From Kondoa subrosea (Eukaryota), in contig BCIN01000007.1 of NCBI GenBank assembly GCA_039545335.1, positions 1-64,000 on the forward strand: a stretch of DNA of 64,000 nucleotides. Reading direction: 5' to 3'. Positions 11,901 to 24,913 of this stretch are shown in pieces. Position 1 is the stretch's first letter. Each line of letters opens with the position of its first letter. The notes under the pieces are model-generated. The model made no database searches. It was given only the letters and a program-made list of their open reading frames with translations, and had not been told where the DNA came from. The translations under genes and the position numbers were made by a program.

Positions 11901-13040
11901 ACATGCTAACATTTTGCTTCGACAAACAGGGATGTTGTGACAAGTCTTTGCGATGCGTTATCCTCTGTCATAACAGAAGTCGGCCCTGCTGTCGTTGCTC
12001 CAGCTCGTAAGCTTTTGTATCCTGGTCTGGCAATCAAGCCTTATTTGCAATGCTAGACTTGGAAAAGCTCTGCAAATACCTTCTGGACTTATTGGAACGC
12101 AAAGCACCCTGTCAACAGGAAGAAGTTGAAGAGGAACAGCAGAGTGCTGCAAATCCTTCAGCTAATGCGGAACTCTCCGAATGGGATGCTCACTTGATTC
12201 GTGGAGCAGAAGATTTGGTCAGCTCGCTTGCAATCGCCATCGGTCCCGAGTTTGCGCCGGCGTTCAATGCGTTCTTACCAGCCCTGTCCCAATATGTGGA
12301 TCCCCGCAGACAGCCTACTGAGCGATCGACGGCAATTGGCTCACTAGCAGAATCCCTGAATGGTCTCAAGTCTGGTTCTACTCAGTTTACCGAGCCGGTC
12401 ATGGCTCTTCTCACAGCCAGCTTGAAAGATCAAGATCTGGACGTTCGAAGCAACTCTGCCTTTGCCGTTGGATCTCTTGTCTTCCAATCCGATATTGATC
12501 TTTCATCTCAATATGGCAATATTCTGTCGGCACTGTTCCCTCTCTTCGACAGAGAGACTGACTCAAATGACTCCAACCAAGCATGTGACAACGCATGTGG
12601 GGCAGTTGCAAGGCTGATACTCAAAAACATCAATGCTGTCCCATTGGAACAGGTGAGTAATACTCTATTCTCGTCGAGATCTTCGCTGATATTCAGTCTG
12701 TTGAAGGTGCTGCCGATATATTTGGGCCACTTACCAGTTCGCGTGGACTTCATCGAAAATGTTTGTGCTGCTATGCTCAACACTCAAATTCGCACTAATG
12801 TGCTGCCCTCAGGTCAAGGTTTTCGACTCACTCATACATGTTCTACAAAGTGGCAAGGCGCCAGCTCATACAGACACAATTCTTCGCCTGTTTGCCACAG
12901 TTCTTGATCAGCAAGCGAAAGCAGTTGGCGACGAAGCCAAGCCACTATTGGCAGAATCACAAGAGAAAGTCGTTTCTTTGCTCAGAGCAATGCCAGCCGA
13001 TCAGTTGCAAGCAATGGGTCTGGCTGACTATGTCCAATAG
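8917..13040 (+). CDS. KAP123: Importin beta-4 / karyopherin Kap123
   Basis: IBN_N-like motif PQIRQLAAVELRK, HEAT repeats (AIGSAAHAAKAEFKPYF, ERSTAIGSLAE, DNACGAVARLI) and an acidic loop followed by EKETAADAL. Confidence 0.9.
11778..11865 (+). ncRNA. Candidate intronic box C/D snoRNA
   Basis: Lies in a 194-nt intron (11736-11929). C-like AGGATGA at 11778, ACCCAGCTCAC at 11796-11806 complementary to the conserved LSU rRNA GUGAGCUGGGU, an internal hairpin, C'-like GTGTGA at 11835 and D box CTGA at 11862-11865. Confidence 0.65.
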
Positions 13041-13255
13041 ACAGGCGAAGAGTTCGGATCAGGCTTGGGAGTTAGACAGTATATTCCTTAATTGGGTTGA
13101 GATCACCGTGCTTTCGTTAGCATGTTCAGTATAAAGATATCCAGCACGCATTGCAATGGTATAACATAAGTTTCTTGTACAAAGGTCGCGCATTCACGCC
13201 TTTTCGACGCCTTGAGCAATAACAACAACAATGATGCTTTGACAGGATTTTCAAA

Positions 13256-16200
13256 ATGTCCATCAAAGGTAGTCCAGACAGCAGGTATAAGTACAAGTCA
13301 CGTTGATCTCATCAAGTCATGCAGCGATTGATCAAGCTTCCATCCGCAATCTCACTTCTGGGCAAGTTATTCTCGACTTGACCAGCGCAGGTCTGTCGCG
13401 CATTAGAGGTTGAGAGGTTATCAAGGCTCAATCAGTGTAGTCAAAGAGCTGGTCGAGAATAGTCTAGATGCGGGAGCAAAGAACATAGGCAGGCATCAAG
13501 ATTTCTTATGTGCTGCTTTAAAGCTGAATTGGTATTTCAGAGATTCGGTTGCGAAACTATGGAGTGGAGTCTATTGAAGTCGTGGACGATGGAACTGGAA
13601 TCATGGCCGACGATTTCGAGACGATCGGTGCGGCATGTAATTGTCAGCCAATTGAACGCTGCTTGAAGTCTCGCCATAAGGACAAAGATCGCACACCTCA
13701 AAGTTGGCATCTTTCGAAGACTTGCAGGCTGTCTCGTCTTTTGGCTTCAGGGGAGAAGCTTTTCACAGTTTATGCGCTGTTGCCAAAGTTCGCATGACTA
13801 CGTCTACTGAAGACACTCAGCCTCGCGGGACATCTCTGATCTTCAACTCTGACGGATCGATAGCGAGCCAGTCTGCTGCAGCTAGATCTGTGCGGAATAC
13901 TTGAGGCCTTCCTGATTGGCTCTGATAATTCTACATAGCGAGGGACAACAGTGATTGCTTCAGATCTATTCCATGCTTTGCCTGTTCGCAAACGAGACTT
14001 CGAGAAGAACAGTAAAAGAGAATTCACCAAATTACAAAAGCTGCTACAAGCCTATGCTATCATTTCCCTTGGAGTTCGAATTGCTGTCTCTACTGTCGGG
14101 CCAAAAGGGTACGTTGGCATTCTATTGAGTATGAACAATCTTAACTATTTGATAGCAAGAAGACCGAGCACATCAAAACCTTTTCAAGCAAGAGTTTAAA
14201 AGCAAACTTTGCCGCTGTCTTCGAAGCCAAATCAGCGACCTCGTTGCAGGAATTCAACTTTACATTGGATGTTGAAGCAGAGAAATCTGCTTTGAGAGGG
14301 CTCAAAACTCGTCGCTTGTAAGGCTCACCATCCCTCAATCTGTATTGGCTGACTACTGGATTGTAGCCTCATCAAAGTCGACGGACTAGTCTCTAAGCCT
14401 CTTGCTGGCTCTGGCAGAGCCAGCTCCGACCGACAATTTTTCTACATCAATGGACGACCTTTTCAGTCGGATAAGGTAGATCCCTCGCAAATTGTTCTGG
14501 ACAAAGCTGATTGACCCTCAGCTACAAAAGGCATTCACCGAGGTCTACAGAGGCCTGAATCCAAAGGAGGTCCCTGTCCTTGTCGCTAGTCTGCATGTGC
14601 CTTCAGGTGAGTATAGCATTTGATCACTGGAACCTTCAATTGATATTGTGGCAAGATGAACTCGATGTCAATGTTAGTCCCGACAAGCGAACTATTCTTC
14701 TGCACAGCGAAGCCAATATTATTGAAGCTCTCAAAGTGCGTCTCAATGTAGCTGAACATATGCGGTCTGATCGGCTTGCAGACGACCTTCACCTTCGAAT
14801 TAGGCGGCGCATCTTCCGTTTTCGAAACACAAACACAGAGCAAACAAGTACAGCGGGACGAGCAGAACGACAGTTCAGATGATCAGGAGATTATACAGCT
14901 TCAAGCATCTCAGCCTACTCAGAGGAGATCATCGCAAGATATGCCTGAAGTAACAGCTGGTGATGCGACTAACAGTCAAACAGCTGTCTCGCCTATACTT
15001 CCTCCTTCCAAGAGAAGGCGACTTTCTGCTCCGTCTTCAGACTTCATGGAAATCGCTCCCCCAGTAAAAGGCATCGAAAATCCTCCTATCGCTACTTCGA
15101 AACTACCCGGAACGAGTGTTACTGATTCCAAGGATGATCTTGTAGTTCAACATCCTCGCTCGTCCAACACCAATTCCTCTCCCTTGCCAGAACCTCGACC
15201 AGATTCGTCTTTTCGTCGTCTGCAGGATCAATCGCCAAGCCCTGTAGCCCAAATTCAAGCTGCTCTGGTATCGCCCGATTCTTGTCGTATTGCAGCTATT
15301 TTGGATACCGGTCAAGCTTGGAATGATCTGCCAACTCCTTTTAACGATACGCCGGTCGTTGACTCACTTACAGAGACCATTGAAGATCCTCATTCTCCGA
15401 TGGAACACATTTCCTCTACTCCTGCTTCGATGCTTTCACCCTCGTCTGCTACAAACACTGAAACGGCATCGGCAAAAGCGACTCGTTCTCGATCTGCGTC
15501 GCCCTTGACAATAGCACCTTCTGCTTCCGCAAAGCTTGTCAATACTCTTTCCGTTTATGATGAGCACACCGACAGGAAATCTCGAGCTCTGCCAGTAGAT
15601 TTGGCTAGTATACAGCGAATTTGGTACAAGCGGACAGCTTTCTCTTCATCAGAACGTAACAATGCGTCAGTGATTGAACATGGTACAGATGCTGGTGTAG
15701 AAGCAAGCCTTCAAGAAGCTGAAGCTGCTCTGTCTCGATTGGTCATACAGGAAGATTTCGCGCAAATGTCTGTCTGCGGGCAATTCAACAAAGGATTCAT
15801 TATCGCTCGACGGAGGAAGCTTGGCACGGACAAGATTACGGCAGAAGATGATCTTTTTCTTGTCGATCAGCATGCCTCGGATGAGAAATTCAATTTCGAA
15901 ACATTGCAGGCAGAGACGGTCGTTGAGTCGCAAAGGGAATTAGTGTAGGACGCTTCCACTTCTGTAATTCTGCAAGACTGATCTTTGATGCAGCCCGAGA
16001 GCATTGAAACTCTCGGCCATGGAAGAACTGATAGCTACCGAACATCTCGAAGTTCTCCGAGCAAACGGATACCAACTTGAGGAAGATGAAGATGCAGAAG
16101 CGGGTTCTCGATTGAAGCTCCTTGCTCATCCTGTGTCACAGAACACCCGTTTCGACGATAATGGTATGCCGTGTACAAACTCATGACGAAGAGCAGCTAA

Positions 16201-16602
16201 AATGGGAGTTAGATCTAGCTGAATTGCTGCATATGCTACAAGAAAATCCAAACGCAAAGATGATAAGGCCGACAAAGACTAGGGGAATGTTTGCATCTCG
16301 AGCTTGCCGGCGTAGTGTCATGATCGGGACTTCTCTATCTCATGACAAGATGACTGGAGTGAGTAGAGCTTTTCTTGTGAGTCAACGACCTCTCAATCGC
16401 CTTTCAGATCGTTCGGCATATGGGAACAATGAAACAACCTTGGTCTTGTCCTCATGGCCGACCTACTATGCGTTGGGTAAGCATTTCGAGAGGAGTACAA
16501 TATCGTTTCTGAAATGCGCCTGTATGACAGCTATCCTTGGTAACGCATGTTGTAGACAGCAGAGAAGTCGTTGATCTCTCGCTGACTCTTCACGGACTGT
16601 AA
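13256..16602 (+). CDS. PMS1: MutL-family mismatch repair endonuclease Pms1 (PMS2 orthologue)
   Basis: VKELVENSLDAGA, SFGFRGEA, DVNVSPDKR, GQFNKGFII, the DQHASDEK endonuclease motif, FASRACRRSVMIG and WSCPHGRPTMR. Confidence 0.95.
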
Positions 16603-16746
16603 CTATTGGTAATGCTTCTCTCCTTAGGAGAATCAATTCACAATCCCACCGTGATCTAGCTGCATGCTTGAGTGTCCGAAAGAAGTGCTGACATAATGAG
16701 TGCATAATGTAGACTCAGTTCAACCTGTGTTTGTAACGGTACCGCC

Positions 16747-18145
16747 ATGAGCAGTTTGTGTCGGATGTGAGAGCGCCATTTAACAGCTATCACAGAATTT
16801 GATATCCATACGATACACAGTTGCAAACGTGTATCGTCTCGCTACACTTGTCCCAAATGCAATGTTATGTATTGCAGTCAAGAATGCTTTCGGTCGCCTG
16901 TAAGTACCATTCTCTCACGATAAGCTGCTGCTTCATGAAATACCTACTACAGGAACATGGAAGCTGCTCAGAAGATTTCTATAAGCAAACTATCAAGCAG
17001 CACATCAACGAATACAAGACTAATGATCCAGAAGAGAAGAAAGCTATGATGGCAATGTTGCGTCGTATCGAGAATATGGATGACGACGACATAGGTGAAG
17101 AGGAGGAAGAAGAGGACGTTGACAGTCCCGAGTACAGAATGCGACACCTTTTTAACGGCCAGAATATTGGTGGGTCTCTTTAGGCAACATGTTTTGCGTT
17201 CTGTACTGACAAATTACAACAGCGAATCTTGACGCAGCTTCTCTTGAAGCCATGTTGTCGCCCGAACAATTGGCTGAAATCCATTCTCTCTTGAGCGATG
17301 AAACTAAAGCTCGAGAATTGCTTGAAAATCAAGGTGCTTTGGTAGCTACTCCATGGTGGGCTCCGGAAGCAGGGCAATATGTACCTTCTCGTCCTAGACC
17401 CAAACCGATCTCAGGCTCGATTCTTCCTCCTTGGGATCGGACTAGAAAGGCCGATAAGCTGCTCTTCAATTCCATAGCTATACTGTGAGTCGTTCGCTTC
17501 GAATCAAGATAACATTACTGATGGTAAGATCGCAGCTTGAGCTATGTGATTACATACAGGACCTTTGATGGATTAGAAGACGATAAAGCACTAGCTATAG
17601 CTATGCTGAATATCAACACGCCTTTCATCTTCGATAGCTCGACGTTGACACTGAATTCTATAGACGAGGTCATGCAATACATCTTTTCCAGATCAGGGGT
17701 TTGTCTTGGAGTTTGCGTTTGGCTGCTCTAGCTAATCTCATGATAGGAGGACGACCCTGAAAGCAGAATCGTCTTTTTGCGTGATCTGCAAATCGTCACC
17801 AGACCTTTGCTAGTATCATCCCTTGATCAAGATCAGCATTCAGCAGCTTTCTTGGCTGTATCCGATTTATACAATCTTTTCACCAGCTCAGCACATGTTA
17901 AAGAATGCAAAGCTGGAGCTCGCAAGATGGCCTTTTATGCTGCTATCTTTGCGGCTAACGCTTTTCCTGCCACTGGCTTCCTGCAAGTCAGCAACCAAAT
18001 AGATTCCAAACGCGAACAACTACAAGCGTCAATCGACCCTCCTGCTTTGGATACATTGACTGTCGCGGACACACCAGTCGCCAAGAATGAAGCTCTCGTA
18101 CCCTCGATGAATCAGCAAAAGAGCAAGATTGAGATTATTCCATAA
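16747..18145 (+). CDS. HIT-type zinc finger protein (ZNHIT2-like)
   Basis: CRIC...YTCPKCNVMYCSQECFRS..EHGSCSEDFYK followed by EEKKAMMAMLRR. C-terminus is KIEIIP. Confidence 0.75.
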
Positions 18146-18247
18146 AGGCATTTTATCCGCTTCATGTATCTATCGACCAGTGCATTATATATACCTTCAT
18201 GTTGTTTCTGAAGCTTTTTGCATTCATGCGTCACTAATCGATTTGCC

Positions 18248-20957
18248 TCATGCAATTTTGCTTCTGTTGCGAGAGGATTCCAGAACTTGCAACCCCAGAT
18301 CACCTCTTTGCCAGAAAGCTTCGCTCGGTCCATAGCTCGGCTCGTCAAAGCTTCTCTTCTGTTCGTCTTGCTGTTGCTGATGATCATTTTCTAGACCCAT
18401 AGCTGATACGTACTGACTTTTGAGTTGCAGCTGGCTTTTGGCCAGAGAGGCTGCTTCTGCTGTTTGTTTCCAGAAGAGCTCTTCCAAGACGTGTTTGGTA
18501 AGAGCACGCAAGCCTTGATAGATTCGTTCGGAAGCCAATCCAATTAAAATAGCAGTAAAGAGGGTTGTGCGAATGTTGTAATAGCTTGGGCCCGGCGCCA
18601 CAGTAGCTTGATGGATTCGGGTAGTATGGAAAGGATGTACTTGAGACATGGTCACGTCCGTCATATTCACAGCACTGGCTGTTGCATTTAGGCCGTGAGC
18701 AAATTTATGAGCTAGCTGAGTATAAGTTGAAAGTTGATGTGATAATCTGGGCTGAAACATGTAGATCAATGAAGCATTTGTCAGGGCTGCGACCCAAGTC
18801 AGAGCTCCCTTTCAAAGATGTAAGCGATCATTCATCATCTGCAGGATAGACATACAAGCAAATCAAGCCAAGGACCAACTGATTCAACACGTTTCGGTGA
18901 TGTGCGGCGCTGGTTGATGCAGATTTTGAAGGCGTCACCACGAAGCTCGAACTATACGAGCAGCGCTAGTGAGCTCGCAAATAGCACTTCTCATGTCTCA
19001 ACATACGAAGTTATTGATCAGAGCTGCTACAGGGCAGAGCGGCCAGGCCACAGACCACAAGCAGACATATCCGAACTAACCGGCAGTATTCATCAATTAC
19101 AGCTAAAGCAAGGGTAGAAACTTACTTGTTGAACCATTTCCGCGTAATCCAAGAATGTGTTGTATTCAGGTAAAGCAGCTTCTTTCCTGATCCTTTCTAA
19201 GAACTCTTTTTCTTGCGGATCATCTATGTGAGCAGCATCAGTACTTCTCTTTTCTCCTCTTGCTTCCCTTTTATCATTGACTTTGGTCGAGATGAACCTG
19301 GTAGCGAAAGGAACAACAACTTCGTTGAAAAAGCCGATGATTTGTGTGGTGGTCGACAGAGCGAAAAGAGTGTTGGTGAGACGTTCAGAATTGATGCTGA
19401 ACCCGCGAGTCATGGCCGAAGAAGTAACATCTGGGCCAGGCGAGCGATGTATGAACGATAGAATGTCTGGCACCAGAAGAGAGCCGAAAGGGACTGCAAG
19501 ATTGAAATGAGCGATCTAATTCATTGCTTGAGAGCTGAAGTGAACTTACTGTATACGTATGCGGTCAGTGACAGAGTGCCAACTGGTATTGCCTTTAATT
19601 CTGAGTCTATCAAATGAGACAGACCGCTCACAGGCAACAATAGCATTTAAGGCAAACATCTTGAGAGTAAGGGATCTATCAAAAGCTGGGCTCGTCTTGT
19701 GATTTTCATATTCAGTCAAGCTGATAGCAGTTTTGTGACCAAGTGCAACAACCTAAAAAAACTATTATTCCCGTGGGAGATTCTATGCAACAAGCTTACT
19801 TGAGGAACGATTCCAGCAAAGCCGATGGTAGGTAATAAGCTGAGGAAAGTCTTGCCCTTGCCATCGTAGACTTCATTGATCAATCTATAGCGACAACAGG
19901 GCATTAACTAAAGCTGATGAATGATGCAGACGATTTGGCCTACACCTCGCTTGTAAAGATGATAGCAATCAAAGCGACCAATGCAGAAGCGACAACAAGC
20001 AGAACCGGAATACTGCTCATCACCCGGAGATCACGCAGATACCAAGGGAAGATTCCTTTGACACCCCCGTTAACTCTGTCTGGCGCTTTTTCCGTTGGTT
20101 TGAATTGAGGTCTTTCTCTGCTCGTTGCGGATTGGGAAACTTTGTATGTTCCCCATCTCACTGCCAACATCCGTTCTCGAATTCTCCAACCTTCAACCAT
20201 GAGCAACGACCAGGTCACGATTATGACTGAATAGATGATAGAGTATGTGCCAAGAGAGATCCATGTCACGAAGCCGATACTTGCTGGGATGAGAAGGGAA
20301 GAGAAGTAGAATCTGTTGATGTGTAAGGGCTGGGGATAAGTACAGATCTTACTCGTGCTTAGGTTTCACCAACCTGAGAAATTCGAAGTACAAAGCAATG
20401 CCTTCACCGAAATGATTCTTGATCTTTGTAAGCTGATCTTCAGGAATCGCAATCAAAGTGTCTTTGTTTAAAGCAGTCCAAGATTCGAGCCAGTGCTTGT
20501 TGAAAGCTGGATCATGAGGCGGGAAGATTGCAGTGACTGGTTCATAGGGAGCTTGCTTGACAACTATGCCTGCTCCATCCACGCCATTGATCATCTCATA
20601 CACAATGCGCAACTTCTCGCTCGTTGTAGGAGGTTCGACAGAGAAATCCCGACGTTCCCTTGGATCAGGTCGAGTTGAGAAGACACCATGCATCCAGTCG
20701 TCTATTCGCTCAGCTTGCAGCGCCTTGTGAATTTTGGCTTCACTCGCTCGAACAAAGATGAGGATTTCATTGGATTTGGCTCCACCAGGTCTCGACGTAG
20801 CTTGAAGGCCTACTCGTTGAAGTGAGGAGAGAACAGTCTGGTAGCATTTGGCAGCGGATTCATGGGAAGCGTCGAGGACTATGCAGTAATCTGCATGAAT
20901 GGATGTCGCATTGGCAGTGTTTCCTAAGACAGACTTCTGCAGGTATGAAGTCGACAT
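18248..20957 (-). CDS. Anoctamin/TMEM16 family (Ist2-like) scramblase or channel
   Basis: IFPPHDPAFNKHW, IKNHFGEGIALYFEFL, LPEYNTFLDYAEMVQQ and ELRGDAFKI motifs, with multiple hydrophobic exons. Confidence 0.88.
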
Positions 20958-21270
20958 TGCTCCTTTCTAGTGAGTCTTTGGCGCTCTGGACTTGGCTGAA
21001 ATAGAAAGAAGAACGAATTCGCGAAAAACGTCATGCCCGAGCTCAAGCTTCTTACGCGACAAAGATGATAGTGTAGAGAGATGATTGGTATGAGAAGACT
21101 ACATTACTTTTGCGGAATATACACGGGGAATCAAAGAAACAGTACTAGTCAAGCACCTTGACCTATCTCACTACTTGTCTGTCCCAAGCATGGAAGAGAC
21201 GCGAGACGTCTTGAAACAACGCCCTTGATCTGAAGGCAGAACCAAGACGACGCGCAACCGAACCGAACTA

Positions 21271-22246
21271 TCAATTACCGCTGCTGTTCTTGAATCTGTC
21301 AAAATCATGATTTAGCGGAAGATTGTATTGGACGATGGCTGGACTTACTTGAGATGACTTTCAAAGCTGTACAAGATGCATCAGCAAGTTTAACAGTATA
21401 AAAACTAGAGACCCACAAAGCAATGACTTTCTGAGGCGCTCTAGTATAAATCAAATCGCTCGCAACCCAGGCGCGACTTCCATCTTCCCTGTTGAGGGTG
21501 AATGTATAGCAGCATCAGAAGATGTCTCTTACTACCGACAATTCAAACTGACCAAGTCACAAATAACCTCAAAGTGTTGGCTGTTTCGTCCCTCTCGACG
21601 GTAATGACTTGATTGACAGCTTCTTCCCAATCTAATGTGTCCATATACTTGTTGATATCCGTTTCAACACCTTCTCCGCCATCCTCTTCACTCTCTGACT
21701 CTTCTTTAGGTAAAGCAATGTTTGCTTTGCCATTCGTTGAGCCGTCTGAACTATCCTCTTTAACCTTCTTACGAGCAGGCTGAGAACGGGCAGACGTGCC
21801 GTTGGGTAAAGATTTGCGCTTTTTGCTTGCACCTGAAGCTGGAGCGGAACCACTCTTTTTCGCCTTGAGTGCAGGATCACCGCCTTTTTTTGCCCAATAG
21901 GCTTCCAACAAGTCTTTGCAGGATCTGTCAATCAGTCGAGCACATCAGCTGAAGAATGATGTTAAGCGACAATGCCTGACTCGAGATTGACCTCCTCAGT
22001 CCCTGCGACACTGCATAAGCAGACACGCTGAAGTTGCACCATAGACACTCACAGCTGTTCTCAGATGGTGGATAGCCGACCCAAGCTACCAGATACATGC
22101 GATTCTTGTGCTGCACCGAAAAACATATAAGTTCGAGCACCTTGTTATTCGTGCTTTTGGCTTACCTTGCCCTTGTGATCAATGATCCTGTCTACTTCAA
22201 ATTCTTCGTCATCAGAGCTCTCTACTTTCTTCTTGCGAGGTGCCAT
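21271..22246 (-). CDS. Chromodomain plus chromo-shadow protein (HP1/Swi6-like)
   Basis: EEFEVDRIIDHK...YLVAWVGYPPSENSWTEEVNL chromodomain, a basic hinge, and a DWEEAVNQVITVER...RAPQKVIAF..ESHL shadow domain. Confidence 0.85.
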
Positions 22247-22724
22247 TGCAATTCGAATTTGAAGATGTAGAAACGAGAAAAGGCGGTAGTATTAGGCTAC
22301 GAAGTTTGAGCTAACAGAAGACCGTAATACCACAGAGCGAGCCTAGCAATCCGTAACGCGCAAGCGAGCGTCGACAATATATAAGCGCGACTTGCTTTGT
22401 TTGCGAAATGCAGGGGAGTCGTCGTTCACCTCATGAGGTTGATGTCGAATCATACCCCGGATTCCTAATCTCCATGCACTCTTCGCTTTCTCTCTCGCTG
22501 TCCACTACTCTGGCCCATCCCATACATATATTTCACAGACAGAGGCTGCAATAGGCACAGCAGCTCTGATCTGCCGGCATCGTTGACTTGCCTTCATCCA
22601 AGTCCGAGCACAAGCGATCTTATCTTTATATCTGCTCACTGCCTGCTTCCGCCGCATCTTGGTCCACAAGCATTCTGCATTCAAGAATAGCACACTTTAT
22701 CTGGCAACTTCATAATCGCACATT

Positions 22725-24524
22725 ATGGTTACCCTCCTGGACTTCACTTCCGAGCTCTTGGAAGACATTCTCGTTCGATGCGCTCCAAGAGATGTAGCTA
22801 GATTCTCTCAAGCCAACAAGGCAACCTACCAGCTCATTTGCAGACCTGCCGATTCCCATTTCTGGCGGAATCTCTACTTAAGCAACTATGATGACCCGAG
22901 AATTATCGCAGCTCAATGTAGTTCAGAAAGTACTATTGACTGGAAAGCTGCTACACAAGCTCTAACGCAAGCGGAGAACAGACTCAAACAACGCAATGCG
23001 ACTTCCACCGATTTAGAAGCACTTCTATCCCTCTTATCTTCCTCTGTTTCCTACTCAGCCCATGATTCTGAAGATGAATCTCAGAACATTCCTTTCCTTA
23101 CAGCACTTCTTGATGATGCCGACATCCGAGATTACGTCTTATGCAAGAATCGATTCCATACTTTGGCGGCAGCGGCTAAATTACGCAGACAAGCTTATCT
23201 CGCTTCTCCCGATTCTGCACCTATTGTTTCTGCTCCAGTACCTTTCTTGCTCGATTCGGTAGCTTCTTCAAGACTATCCATCTTCTATGGCTTGCATCCC
23301 GGAAATGAAATCAGTTCCTTCGAAAGAGGTGCTGCGAGAGCGAGAGTGTATGATTTATCGAGGTACAAGAAGAGAAATGCATACGGTCCTTTCAAGGTTG
23401 TGAAGCATCCTACTCCGAGAGAAGAGGGAGAGACTAGATTGGAAGTGGATTGGTTACAGCTTGAAGCGATCAGTCTAGTAGCAGGTAAGCCAAAGTCAAT
23501 TGTTTAGTCTGGATACTTATACTGTGTCGTAGGTTCAAATGCTCTGGATCTTTTTGGCACACAGATCGAAACTGTTTTCCGTATGCTGTCCTCGCGACTC
23601 ATTATTTTGCCCAAAGTCATTCTTTGCGCATAGCTTTGGGCTTGAAATATGCTAGACCTTTCTCTGCGCCTCCGGCAAAGACCAAAGAGGATTGGGCAGG
23701 TGTCGAAGGTCATTATCATCGACTTGTATCATTCCTGGACTACCGGGATCTCTTCAGTAAGTCTAGCTGTTGTATGTTACGCTTAGTTGCTGACGTACAG
23801 CAGATTACAATGTACGTAGGCTAAGTGCATGCAAATCTTTGGCTGAGTTCCATGTCCCCACTCCTCACAGATCAGACGAAGTAAGCGGTTGTTATCTATC
23901 ACCTTCGTACCACTGATGTAGCCCGAGCAGTGAATGGGCAACGCGATATTTGTCTGGATGACTACGAAGAAGCTGTTCGCTTGCTACACCTCGAACTCAA
24001 AGTCACAAGCTACGGAGCGGAAGACGATGAACCTGGCACGCCTTGGCCTACCATTCATTGTTCGTGTTTACTATCTTGCTTCATCGTCTACGTGTGCTTA
24101 TCATTCGCGCCAGTCACTGGCAAAAGCGAAGGAGGTTCTCCTCACGAGCACGTTTGGCCTAAGCAGGCTTTCTTCTATCCTTCTTAGTCGAGTACTGATT
24201 AGAGCATTGCAGGTCAAAGGTCCGGGGAACAGTCAAGAAGATGGAATGCGGCAACATACGCTGGTCTTTGATAAGTAGCTTTGAAGGTATCGATCGATGG
24301 AGCTCAGAAGGCGTTCAAATTGGCGGTCAACAATCTGGGCAAGGGATCCATGGTATATGGACGTAAGTCAAACCTCGCTTACGCTGTGTCCATGGTTGCT
24401 GATGTCACTTCTTCCTTCTCACAATAGAGGGTGCGATCATGAGATAGAAGATCCAGCTGGACCCTTTATATTGTGGCGAACAATGGATCCAGATGAAGAT
24501 ACCTCAGAATCCGGAAGCAATTGA
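22725..24524 (+). CDS. F-box domain protein, fungal type
   Basis: N-terminal LLDFTSELLEDILVRCAPRDVARFSQANK F-box; ARARVYDL, DWAGVEG..VSFLDYRDL and DPAGPF motifs. Confidence 0.75.
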
Positions 24525-24913
24525 GCAGCTCTCTTTGATAGCATCACATACTTTAAGGTCTCGTATTGTGTATCTCGATATGTATGATATTTTTGGCAAG
24601 TGTTGTTCCGTATACGATTCCTATGTAGCACTACCAATTGTATATAGCATTCACCATACAATGTACAGCGTTTTGTCTATCTCTGTATCTAGCCCTCACT
24701 GTAAGCTCCATTATTGATGCGAAGATTGCAAGCAGAAGAAAAGCAGAAGGACAAGCAAGTCGTTTCTAAGACAAGCATTCGTATGCCGGCTTGGTCTGCG
24801 AACAACAATCAAGCAGGGATTATGAGATTGCAGCGATTAGAACTCACCATACGGGATCGCTCATAAAAGCCCATCGCTCGTTTGGCTTGATGCAAAGTGA
24901 ATGGACAGTACAT

